Shown piece by piece: positions 48,827-57,591 of a stretch of 64,000 nt of DNA. Below the pieces are notes generated by a model. That model was not told where the DNA came from and made no database searches. It worked only from the letters and a program-made list of their open reading frames with translations. The DNA lies in assembly GCA_965219685.1 (NCBI GenBank), contig CBDCOH010000002.1:2912001-2976000 (forward strand), read 5' to 3'. How positions within the stretch are numbered: the stretch's first letter is position 1; each line of letters starts with the position of its first letter. Position numbers and translations under genes: made by a program. Origin of the DNA: Candidatus Spongiisociaceae bacterium (GTDB lineage: Bacteria; Actinomycetota; Acidimicrobiia; Spongiisociales; Spongiisociaceae).

Positions 48827-49582
48827 CTATCTCGTCTTGTTGATCTCGATGAATTCCAGAACCCGTCTCCAGGCATCGGCGGAGTCGTCGGCGAAGTCCT
48901 CGTAGTGGCGGTCGAAGAAGGAGTGCGGGGCACCGGGATACACGACCACCTCGTGCGGAGTTCCGGCCTCCTCGAGTGCGGCTCTGAACTCCTCCACCGC
49001 ATCGAGGGGGATGCTGGGATCGTCCCCTCCCATGAGCGCCAGGATCGGGCTGGCCATACCCGCCACCCGGTCTATGGCGCCGCTGGTCTCCTCCGGCCGC
49101 CTGGGCTTGCCGTAGAAGCCGACGGCGCCGGCGAGTTCCAGCCCGTTTGCGGCCTGATGCCAGGAGTTGGAACCACCGAAGCAGAAACCCACGGTGAACA
49201 CCGCCCGGCCCGGCCGGGCGGTTCGCAGGTGCGACACGGCCGCGGTCACGTCGTCGCGGATGCCGGCGAAGGTGGTGCCGTAGACATGGGGCCAGAAGTC
49301 CCAGTCGTTGGGACGCTCGCCGACGCCGGCGGTTCTCCCGAAGTAGTCGATGGCGACCGCGTCGTGCCCCGCCTGGGCGAAGCGCATCGCCAGATCCTTG
49401 TAGAAGCGGTAGAGACCTCGCACATCGGGCAGCACGACGACGGCGGTCTCGGACGGGTTGGCGCCCGCAGCTTCGAACGCTGCGAACTCGTTCCCGTCCC
49501 GCGCCGTCAGCGTGAGGTCGCGCCCTGTCGCTTGCCGGTCACCCTCGGGGACCGGAGGTTCGGAATCGTGGTTGAAACACAT
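48827..49582 (-). CDS. Dienelactone hydrolase family protein
   Basis: PDVRGL, GFCFGG, G.DD..I, YPGAPHSF. Confidence 0.9.
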   Translation of the reverse strand: MCFNHDSEPPVPEGDRQATGRDLTLTARDGNEFAAFEAAGANPSETAVVVLPDVRGLYRFYKDLAMRFAQAGHDAVAIDYFGRTAGVGERPNDWDFWPHVYGTTFAGIRDDVTAAVSHLRTARPGRAVFTVGFCFGGSNSWHQAANGLELAGAVGFYGKPRRPEETSGAIDRVAGMASPILALMGGDDPSIPLDAVEEFRAALEEAGTPHEVVVYPGAPHSFFDRHYEDFADDSADAWRRVLEFIEINKTR

Positions 49583-49656
49583 GCCGCCTCCGTTGCTTCA
49601 CCCGCACAGGATATCGCCGGCCCGCGGGGCGCGTGCACCCGCGATAATCATCGGAC

Positions 49657-50013
49657 ATGAGGCGCCGGAGAAAACAAACCACCCTGATACCGTTCTTCCA
49701 CTTCAAGGTCTTCACCTTCGGCAGTGAAGAGGAATTCCTGGGTACCTTCGGCTCGTTGGAACGGGCCGGCGCGGAGTGGGAAGCGGTACGCGACGAGTTC
49801 CTGGATCGGTGGGACCTCCGGGGGATGCCGTCTGCCTGGTGGATGTTCGAGCCCGGCCTTCCGGAGGAACTCCGGCGGGGACCGCACGCGATCATCACCG
49901 AGGCCGACGCCGTCGAGTGGGAGCGGCTCGAGATGGCCCGCCGGCGCTACCTGGTCAGCATCGGCATCGACCCGGTCCGGCCGCGACGCCATGCCGCCTT
50001 CGGCAAACAGTGA
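49657..50013 (+). CDS. Hypothetical protein
   Basis: GC3-biased 118-aa ORF filling the gap; -10-like GATAAT upstream. Confidence 0.65.
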   Translation: MRRRRKQTTLIPFFHFKVFTFGSEEEFLGTFGSLERAGAEWEAVRDEFLDRWDLRGMPSAWWMFEPGLPEELRRGPHAIITEADAVEWERLEMARRRYLVSIGIDPVRPRRHAAFGKQ

Positions 50014-50072
50014 CCCGGCCGGGTCGTCAACGATCCGCTGATTAGCCCACTCGCCGAACTAGCCTCTTGGCC

Positions 50073-50900
50073 ATGTCACGCATAGGTAACTCTCTTGCCC
50101 TAGCCCGGTCCTCCTGGGCAGTACTCAAGGCCGACAAGGAACTGATGCTTCTCCCGGTAATCTCCGGAGCGGCCTCGCTGATAGTGGCCGCATCGTTCCT
50201 GATCCCGATCATCGCCGCCGGCGTCTCCGACCTGGGCGGCGGCGCACTGGCAATGATGCTGATCCTGTACTTCGTCCTGGCGTACATCACCATCTTCTTC
50301 AACGCGGCCCTGATTAGCGCGGCCAACGAACGCCTCGAGGGCGGCGACCCGACGGTCGGGAGTGCGATCAGGGGAGCGGCCCGCCGGGCCGGGAAGATAC
50401 TCCCGTGGGCGCTCCTGTCGGCCGTCGTGTCGGTCATCCTGCGTGCGATCGAGGAACGGGTCGGGCTGGTTGGCAAGATCGTGATCGCCATCGTCGGCAT
50501 GGCTTGGACGGTGGTCACCTTCCTGGTCCTGCCGATCATCGTCGTCGAGGGCGCGAGCGCAGGCAAGGCGCTCAAGAAGTCGGGAAGATTGGTACGCAAC
50601 ACCTGGGGCGAGAACCTCGCCGGCCACATCGGGCTGGGGATAGTGGGGTTCCTCCTGTTCATCCCGGCAGTCGTGTTGGTGGTGGCCGGGATAGCATCCG
50701 CCGGCAGCACGGTGGGTGGCTTGGCGATCGCGGTGGGAGTTCTCTGGGGAATCCTGGTCGTCATCGTGATGACCGCCCTGACCGGCATCTACCAGACGGC
50801 GCTGTACCACTTCGCAGTCGCGGGCGACGTGCCGTCGAGCTACTTCGACACCGGCGCCATGCAGTCCGCCTTCTACGGCCGCAGGTTTCGCCGCCGCTAG
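50073..50900 (+). CDS. DUF6159-like membrane protein
   Basis: SW.VL..DKEL...P, FFN.AL, W...TF.V.P, KKS..L...WGE, ALY.FA. Confidence 0.8.
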   Translation: MSRIGNSLALARSSWAVLKADKELMLLPVISGAASLIVAASFLIPIIAAGVSDLGGGALAMMLILYFVLAYITIFFNAALISAANERLEGGDPTVGSAIRGAARRAGKILPWALLSAVVSVILRAIEERVGLVGKIVIAIVGMAWTVVTFLVLPIIVVEGASAGKALKKSGRLVRNTWGENLAGHIGLGIVGFLLFIPAVVLVVAGIASAGSTVGGLAIAVGVLWGILVVIVMTALTGIYQTALYHFAVAGDVPSSYFDTGAMQSAFYGRRFRRR

Positions 50901-51050
50901 CTCCGGCCCGACCCAGGCGGTCGCGCCTCTTCCCGACGCCACCCCGGACACCGGAGCGTCAAGGGGTCGAACATTTCACAAGCGTGTAGCGGCCTAAACT
51001 CGACACCCGAACAGTGCTACGGCGGATGCATCACTCTAATGTCAACCACC

Positions 51051-51112
51051 ACTAGCAACTAGCAACTAGCAACTAGCAACTAGCAACTAGCAACTAGCAA
51101 CTAGCAACTAGC
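51051..51112. repeat. (ACTAGCA)x8.9 perfect heptamer array overlapping the DUF2277 stop
   Basis: Read directly. Confidence 0.95.
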
Positions 51113-51374
51113 GTACGCGCCGGGCCGCCCTGGCCCTGGCTTTGGAGGCCTCTACCTCCCGGTTCTTGGGCTGGGCATTGGTGACCAGGGAGTCCACCAG
51201 TACCCGCGTCTCTGCGGCTACCCGATCCACGGCGCTTTCGAACACGGCCCGGTTGGCTTGAGATGGCCGGGGTCCTCCCATGATCTTGCGAACGTACTGG
51301 AGGGCGGCGGCGTGGACTTCCTCGTCCGTGGCGGGCGGGTCGAAGTTGTGGAGGGTTCGGATGCTGCGACACAT
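51108..51374 (-). CDS. DUF2277 family protein
   Basis: MCRSI..L.NFDPPATDEEV.AAALQYVRK. Confidence 0.9.
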   Translation of the reverse strand: MCRSIRTLHNFDPPATDEEVHAAALQYVRKIMGGPRPSQANRAVFESAVDRVAAETRVLVDSLVTNAQPKNREVEASKARARAARRVR

Positions 51375-51408
51375 GGCAAGCGAGATTAACCGGTGCGCGG
51401 AACCTTCG

Positions 51409-53100
51409 TCACTCCGTGTAAGGGATCGCTTCCAGGCCGTCGGGGCGGGCGACGATCAGCAGGCTCTCGTGCTCGGCCGATTCGATGACCTCCAGCACCT
51501 CCTCGGCGGAGAAGCCGGCCTCGGTGTCCACCCGATCCCATACCCGGACCTCGGCGCTTGTACGTTGCTCGACGGTGACAGCGACTTCGCGCCCGCCCGA
51601 CCCCACCAGAACCACTGAGCGGACGGGGCTCCGGGGGGCCTCCTCAGTGGTCTCGGTCAAGTCGGCCCTGCGGATCGAGCGGTGGTATGCGGCTGTCACA
51701 CCTACTGTCACCGCCAGGGCCAGCGGCCAGCGAACGGCGAATACCGTAGCGGTGCCCGAAACGCCTTCGAGGAGGGACTCCAGGAACCGGTACGCAAGGG
51801 CGAAGAGGCTTCCCAATGCCAGGACGCCGCCCAGACCGAACACACATATCAGGTAGATCCTTCGCGTCGGCGAGCGGAGTTCGGCGTTCGGATCCTCCCT
51901 GCGCCACTCCTGGACCGCAGTCCAGTAGCGCCACCACAAGGGGGCGCCGACCAGCAGCACCGTGACCGCGGCCACGAGGCCCGATCGCTCGGGCCGCTGC
52001 AATAGGTCATCGGGGAGGAGAGCCTGGATGCTGGCGGCGATCACCGCCCCTAGGCCACCCACGGTGGCGATCAGGCCGACACCCGTCACCGTGTACCGGT
52101 GGACCCGATCAACCTCGCTGCGGGCCTCGGGCGCCGCGGACCGCAGGACCACTCGGTGGTAGCGCCACACGACCGAGCCTACGACCGCGAGGCCGATGGC
52201 CAGGGGTAGCTCGTCGAAGTGCAGCGCAGCCGCATCCGTGGAGTCGCCAACGAACCAGTCGAGGATCCGGTAGGTGAACTGCCAGACCCCGGTCAGCGCG
52301 GTTAGTAGTCCCCCGACTACTCCCAGAATCAGCACGTAGGCGCGCCACAGGACGCTCCCCTCCTCCCCTACACCGATCGACCACCAGTAACGGAGCCATA
52401 CCCCTCCCCAGATCACCAACCCGACCAGAGCTCTGGGGACGGGTTCGTCACTGCCGGCGATGACGCTGGCCGCGGTTACGAGGTCGTAGAGCCTGCCGAG
52501 CACGCCTTGCACGAACTGGATTCCGAAGACCGAGCCCGCTATCAGGCCGGCCGCAGCTCCCAGCAGCGCGCCGTACCGCAGGCGGCCCGCCCTCCCGCGC
52601 CGGCCGGCCAAGGCGTGATGGAGTAGCCAGATGGTCCCCCAAACCACCATGACGGCGGCAGGCGTGATACGGAACCGCCCTCCGAGGAGGCTCTCGCCCC
52701 AGACGTAGGCGCCTGTGGCCGCGGTGGCAAGACTGGCCAACTCCGCCACCACGAGATAGATCTCCCAAGCCGGATCGTTCCCGCCCGAGCGGTCGAGTGC
52801 CCGCCTCACCCACCTGAGTACGAGGAGGAGGCCCGGCCCACCCACCACCACGCAGGCGAGCATGAACGCCGTGTATCCGGGCCCGGCCACCACATCGGGA
52901 TCAGCCAGTGCGATGAGTCCCGTGACCCCCGTTCCGGCAAGGATGGTGAGGACCAGGAGGATCCCGTAACGGAATAGGCGCCTCAGCGCCCGTCCGGTGT
53001 CCCTACCGGAGCGGCGGGACAGAAAGGTGACCAGCCCGGCGACGATCGCGACGGCGATGAGGATCTGGACGAGAACGGCAAGTATGACGACCACCGACAC
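51409..53100 (-). CDS. Multi-pass membrane protein, DUF5671-like repeats
   Basis: Repeated RR.Y.Y / VG.P.W..YW units; coupled to upstream gene. Confidence 0.75.
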   Translation of the reverse strand: MSVVVILAVLVQILIAVAIVAGLVTFLSRRSGRDTGRALRRLFRYGILLVLTILAGTGVTGLIALADPDVVAGPGYTAFMLACVVVGGPGLLLVLRWVRRALDRSGGNDPAWEIYLVVAELASLATAATGAYVWGESLLGGRFRITPAAVMVVWGTIWLLHHALAGRRGRAGRLRYGALLGAAAGLIAGSVFGIQFVQGVLGRLYDLVTAASVIAGSDEPVPRALVGLVIWGGVWLRYWWSIGVGEEGSVLWRAYVLILGVVGGLLTALTGVWQFTYRILDWFVGDSTDAAALHFDELPLAIGLAVVGSVVWRYHRVVLRSAAPEARSEVDRVHRYTVTGVGLIATVGGLGAVIAASIQALLPDDLLQRPERSGLVAAVTVLLVGAPLWWRYWTAVQEWRREDPNAELRSPTRRIYLICVFGLGGVLALGSLFALAYRFLESLLEGVSGTATVFAVRWPLALAVTVGVTAAYHRSIRRADLTETTEEAPRSPVRSVVLVGSGGREVAVTVEQRTSAEVRVWDRVDTEAGFSAEEVLEVIESAEHESLLIVARPDGLEAIPYTE

Positions 53101-53609
53101 TACGCGACCTCCTCCCGGTCAAGCATCGGCTCGGAACAGCCGTACCACGGCCATTCCTGATCCGTTATACGCCATCCGTCCGCTGACTCCTGCAGCGTGA
53201 ACCCCGCGTCGAACTCGTAGTAGGACCCGAAAACCCCGAGATCGTCCTCCGCTACCAGCACATCGACGCGGGCCTCCGATCCGTCCACAACCGTGTCGAC
53301 CCACTCGATACGGTACGCATCCCGGGAGAGGTAACGCGGGAAGTGCGAGTCACACTCATCCTGCAGGCGGTCCGAAAGGTAGGAGCGGGCCAGACTGCGC
53401 CGCCCCTCGACCACTGCCTGCAGGTAACGCTGGACGACGCCTTCCGGGCTGTCGGGGTCCAGTTGGGGACTCTTTACGAAGGTGAGAACGACCGCCGCCA
53501 CCAACAGCAGGGCCACGGCGACCCCCGCCCAGATGAGGATCCGGACGTCGGGAGACATCGGTCTCCTGGTCGCTGAACCGGTCTCTGATGCTCGCTCGGC
53601 GTCACCCAC
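53100..53609 (-). CDS. Membrane-anchored hypothetical protein
   Basis: TM, then DP.SPEGVVQRYL.A, L.....WRI....WP. Confidence 0.75.
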   Translation of the reverse strand: MGDAERASETGSATRRPMSPDVRILIWAGVAVALLLVAAVVLTFVKSPQLDPDSPEGVVQRYLQAVVEGRRSLARSYLSDRLQDECDSHFPRYLSRDAYRIEWVDTVVDGSEARVDVLVAEDDLGVFGSYYEFDAGFTLQESADGWRITDQEWPWYGCSEPMLDREEVA

Positions 53610-53720
53610 TGTGCCCGGAGACTAACCGGGTGCGGGCTAGTTGTTAGGTCCTAGGTGCCAGGTGCCAGGCCGGACGGCGGATCTAAGGCCGGAACACAAT
53701 GTGACCAAACGCTAACCACC

Positions 53721-53796
53721 CAACCAGCAACCAGCAACCAGCAACCAGCAACCAGCAACCAGCAACCAGCAACCAGCAACCAGCAACCAGCAACCA
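53721..53796. repeat. (CAACCAG)x10.9 perfect heptamer array; short (AGGTGCC)-type array at ~53647-53670
   Basis: Read directly. Confidence 0.95.
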
Positions 53797-53852
53797 AGTG
53801 TCAGGAGGGCTGGTGGAGCGGCAGGATTCTGGGTCCCGGCCTCAGTTACCGT

Positions 53853-55514
53853 TCACGACGGTTCACGGACCATCCATCTCTCTACCAGGCGGCGTAGGGA
53901 ACCTAACGGGACGGAGCCGCTTCCGAGCACGGTCCTGTGGAATGCTTTGATGTCGAACGTGTGGCCCAGCCGGGTCTCCGCTTCAGCGCGCAGCGATTCG
54001 ATCTCCAGACGCCCCAGCATGTAGGAGAGCGCCTGGCCCGGCATGGCGATGTACCGGTCGATTTCCTCCTCGATCTCGTGCAGGGACATGGGTGAGTGGT
54101 CGGCCAGGAACCTGACGGCTCTGGTGTGTGACCAACCCAAGGCGTGGATACCGGTGTCGACGACCAGGCGGCCGGCTCGCAAGGAGTCGGCGCTGAGCAT
54201 CCCGATCCGCTCCCAGTCGTCACGGTACAGGCCCATCTCGTCGGAGAGACGCTCGCTGTACAGGCCCCAGCCTTCGCCGAAGGCGGGCAGGTAGCAGTTC
54301 CGGTGCAGGTCGTGGATGGCGTCGTTCTCGATCGCCAGGGCGATCTGCAGATGGTGTCCCGGGATTCCCTCGTGGTAGGCGACGGCCGGTATCTGGTAGG
54401 TGCCCCAGGCAGACGGATCCCCGACGTTGAAGAAGAAGCGTCCCGGCCGCGCACCGTCCGCGGTCGGCGGGTAGTAGTAGGCCATGGCCCCGACGTCGAT
54501 CGGATCGGCCAAACAAGGCGCCTTGGGTACGGGATCGAACCATCCGCCCACCGCGGCGCCGGCCTTGTCGAGGCACCGGAGGGCATCGGCCACCAGACCC
54601 TCCGGGTTGGAGTACTGCAATCCTGGATCGTCGCGCAGCCGGCTGTAGATATCGGGGAGATGACGGGTACCGAGCAGGGGTCCGGCGATTCGCCTGTACT
54701 CGTCCTCGAGCGCCTCGACCCTGCGAAGGCCCAGCTCGTGGATCGCTTCGGGGTCCAGATCGAGAGTGGTATGGCCCTTGACCATGGCGGCATACACGGA
54801 GTCACCGCCGGCGAGGTGGCACAGCCCGGCTTGCTCGGTGCTACGTCCGGCAGGCAGGGAGACGTCGCGCAGCGTCCGGGCAAAGCGAGCCAGGCCGGGA
54901 CGCACATGGTCCCGGATCGCGTCGACCAGATCGTCACGCCAGCGGCTCGCAGTAAGCCCGTCCAGTTCGGTGGGGGCAGCCTGGGTGGCGATCGGGTCCT
55001 CCTCCGGTTGCTTGGCGAGCACCCGGTCCAGTTGAGCGAGGCTCTGGCCCACATGCCGGGCGAGCGGCACCAGCCCGGTAGCCGCACCATCTTCGAGCCG
55101 ACCGACGAGCTGGTCGATCATGGCCGGAAAGCGCCGGAGCTTCTCCAGGTACCGGTGCCCGTGGTCGGCGGTGACCAGTGGCTGGAGGTAGAGCGCGGGC
55201 ACCAGCATGCTCAACAGACCGGCCTGGCTGCTCGCGGAACCGAGCTCCGGCCACCAGACGCCTACGCTCGCATCCATGAACGCGGCCGCGGCGACGGTCT
55301 CCGCAAGAGTCCGACCTCGGCCGGTCCCGGCGCATCGGTCGGCACGGGAGGTAAAGCGGAGGCATTCCTCCCTGGTGGCCGCGAGCGCAGCGGACGACAG
55401 GTCGTCCCATCTCTCGAGGCGGTCCAGGTGGCCCTGGGCGAGATTGGTGAAGTGGCGATTGTCGAGCCGGAACTCCCAGAACTCGTCGGCCAGTTCCCGG
55501 GACGACTCCGTCAC
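53853..55514 (-). CDS. DUF885 family protein (putative metallopeptidase)
   Basis: HEGIPGHHLQ, EGWGLYSE, RLVVDTGIH, E.DRY...PGQA.SY; GTGA coupling. Confidence 0.9.
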   Translation of the reverse strand: MTESSRELADEFWEFRLDNRHFTNLAQGHLDRLERWDDLSSAALAATREECLRFTSRADRCAGTGRGRTLAETVAAAAFMDASVGVWWPELGSASSQAGLLSMLVPALYLQPLVTADHGHRYLEKLRRFPAMIDQLVGRLEDGAATGLVPLARHVGQSLAQLDRVLAKQPEEDPIATQAAPTELDGLTASRWRDDLVDAIRDHVRPGLARFARTLRDVSLPAGRSTEQAGLCHLAGGDSVYAAMVKGHTTLDLDPEAIHELGLRRVEALEDEYRRIAGPLLGTRHLPDIYSRLRDDPGLQYSNPEGLVADALRCLDKAGAAVGGWFDPVPKAPCLADPIDVGAMAYYYPPTADGARPGRFFFNVGDPSAWGTYQIPAVAYHEGIPGHHLQIALAIENDAIHDLHRNCYLPAFGEGWGLYSERLSDEMGLYRDDWERIGMLSADSLRAGRLVVDTGIHALGWSHTRAVRFLADHSPMSLHEIEEEIDRYIAMPGQALSYMLGRLEIESLRAEAETRLGHTFDIKAFHRTVLGSGSVPLGSLRRLVERWMVREPS

Positions 55515-56017
55515 TGACCGAACGAACCCTGATGCAGGATGCTGTCGAGAGGTTTCCGACCCCCGAACCGGGCGGGCCGCGCAGTCCGCGCCGGGTAGCC
55601 GAGAGCGATCGCGTAGCGGCAGCGCCATCCCGGCGGTAGGTCGAGAACCCGACCGGCGTCCTGGTGCCTGTGCATCGTGATGGGACAGGTGGCCATGCCG
55701 AGAGCATCCGCGGCCAGCATGATGTTCTGGGCCATGCGCCCCGTGTCGAATTCGTATGTCTCCGGCTCTTCAACCAGGGCCAGAGCGGCGGGAGCAGCCA
55801 GCAGCGGCTTCGTGAAGTCGCCACATTCGGCCAGCCGCTCGACCTGTGCCCGGTCCTGCACGACGATAACCGACCAGTTCTGGCGGTTCTTGGAACTTCC
55901 CGTCCAGCGGGCTGCTTCGAGCACCCGGTCGAGGTCCGCCGGATCGATCGGTCGGGCCTCGTAATGGCGGATGGCCCGCAGTCCGAGGATACGTTGGTAC
56001 GTTGCGTTCATGGTCAT
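55511..56017 (-). CDS. Nitroreductase family protein
   Basis: RAIRHY, EAAR.TGS..N.Q.W, AQNIMLAA..LG, ALGYP. Confidence 0.9.
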   Translation of the reverse strand: MTMNATYQRILGLRAIRHYEARPIDPADLDRVLEAARWTGSSKNRQNWSVIVVQDRAQVERLAECGDFTKPLLAAPAALALVEEPETYEFDTGRMAQNIMLAADALGMATCPITMHRHQDAGRVLDLPPGWRCRYAIALGYPARTARPARFGGRKPLDSILHQGSFGQ

Positions 56018-56122
56018 GACACTACTTCGTGCCAGGTTCGTGTTGGGTGTTGGGTGGGCTGGCCGGGGTTCGGGATCGCCGGCCCCTTGACGCTCGGTCG
56101 TCGAGTACCCCTCCAGAGTTAC

Positions 56123-56178
56123 CACCATTCACCATTCACCACTCACCACTCACCACTCACCACTCACCACTCACCAAC
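56123..56178. repeat. (CACCAYT)x7-8 array directly upstream of -10-like TACCAT
   Basis: Read directly. Confidence 0.92.
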
Positions 56179-56194
56179 TACCATCCTGCGGCGA

Positions 56195-57406
56195 ATGAAC
56201 GACTTCCTGGCCATGTCGCGGGCGCTCCTGCCCGAGATCGTCGAGTTGCGACGCCGGCTCCACCGCCAACCCGAGCGTGGCCTTCACCTGCCGGTGACCC
56301 GCGAGATCGTGCTGGACGCTCTCGAGGGTCTGCCCGTGGAGGTCAACCTCCACGAGACCACCAGCGGCATCGCAGCCGTGCTGCGCGGGAAGCGACCCGG
56401 CTCCACCATCGTCCTGCGAGGCGACATGGACGCGCTGCCGGTCCAGGAGGACACGGGCCTCCCGTTCGCCAGCGAGCATCCGGGGTTCATGCATGCGTGC
56501 GGCCACGATCTGCACACGGCGATGCTGGTCGGGGCGGCCCGGATCCTCTCGTCGATCAGGGAGGAGCTTTCCGGCACGGTGATCTTCATGTTCCAGCCTG
56601 GTGAGGAGGGCTTCTTCGGCGCCCGGCTGATGCTCGAGGAGGGCCTGCTCGACACCGTGCACCCCAGACCCACCGGCGCCTTCGCCATGCATGTGACCAC
56701 CTGGTTCACGTCCGGCACCCTCCAGCACCGCCCGGGACCCCAGATGGCATCGTCCGACGAGGTCCACATAACCGTGCGGGGGAAGGGCGGACACGCCTCG
56801 GCGCCCTACCTGGCCTATGACCCCATCCCGGTGGCGTCCGAGATCGTGCTGGCGGTGGAGACCGCTGTCACCCGCCGGATCAACGTCTTCCAGCCGGGAG
56901 TGATCACCTTCGCCATGATCGACGCCGGAACGACCCACAACGTGATTCCGGAGAGTGCCAGCATGCTGGGGACCGTCCGTGCCCTGTCGGACGATACCCG
57001 GGCGGAACTGCACGCCATCCTCCGTCGGGTAGCCGGCAATGTCGCCAAGGCGCACGGCATGGAAGCCGACGTGCGGATTGACCTCGGCTACCCGGTGGTG
57101 GTCAACGACCCCGCCTACACGGCCTTCGTCGACGGCGTCGCCGCGCGAACGCTCGCCGAGGACTCGGTGAGACCGCTGGAGAACCCCTCTATGGGCGGCG
57201 AGGACTGGGCCTACGTTCTCAGGGAGATACCGGGAACGATGTCCTACTTGGGGGCATGCCTCCCCGACCAGACTCCGGGAAAGGTCCCCGGGAACCACTC
57301 CAACCGGGTGGTGTTCGACGAGGATGCGATGGTCCAGGGCATGGCCATGCATGCGGCCGTAGCGATGGCCCACGGCAGGGGTGAGTTCACCAGCCCTGAT
57401 TGTTAA
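56195..57406 (+). CDS. M20 family amidohydrolase (hippurate hydrolase-like)
   Basis: RR.LH..PE, LRGDMDALP, MHACGHD, FQPGEE, GKGGHAS, GGED, NHS. Confidence 0.92.
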   Translation: MNDFLAMSRALLPEIVELRRRLHRQPERGLHLPVTREIVLDALEGLPVEVNLHETTSGIAAVLRGKRPGSTIVLRGDMDALPVQEDTGLPFASEHPGFMHACGHDLHTAMLVGAARILSSIREELSGTVIFMFQPGEEGFFGARLMLEEGLLDTVHPRPTGAFAMHVTTWFTSGTLQHRPGPQMASSDEVHITVRGKGGHASAPYLAYDPIPVASEIVLAVETAVTRRINVFQPGVITFAMIDAGTTHNVIPESASMLGTVRALSDDTRAELHAILRRVAGNVAKAHGMEADVRIDLGYPVVVNDPAYTAFVDGVAARTLAEDSVRPLENPSMGGEDWAYVLREIPGTMSYLGACLPDQTPGKVPGNHSNRVVFDEDAMVQGMAMHAAVAMAHGRGEFTSPDC

Positions 57407-57591
57407 CTAACGTTACGTTATCGTCCTATATGCACAGTTGGTCTCGCCGGTCAACCGATGGCGGGTGTGGCCGGTACATACCCGGGAGACCTCCGGTCCC
57501 CGGCCCAGAGGACGATGCAGCGTGTGACCCCGGAGAGCGGGGTGGGACCCGAGTTCTCCCAGCAGCGGGAACACCGTACCCTTGATGTCTG

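Noticed and set aside
50901-51050. LexA box or structured RNA (TCGAAC..., GGGGTCGA/TCGACACCC)
   Set aside because: Second LexA half-site is missing and the pairing is too short to support a call.
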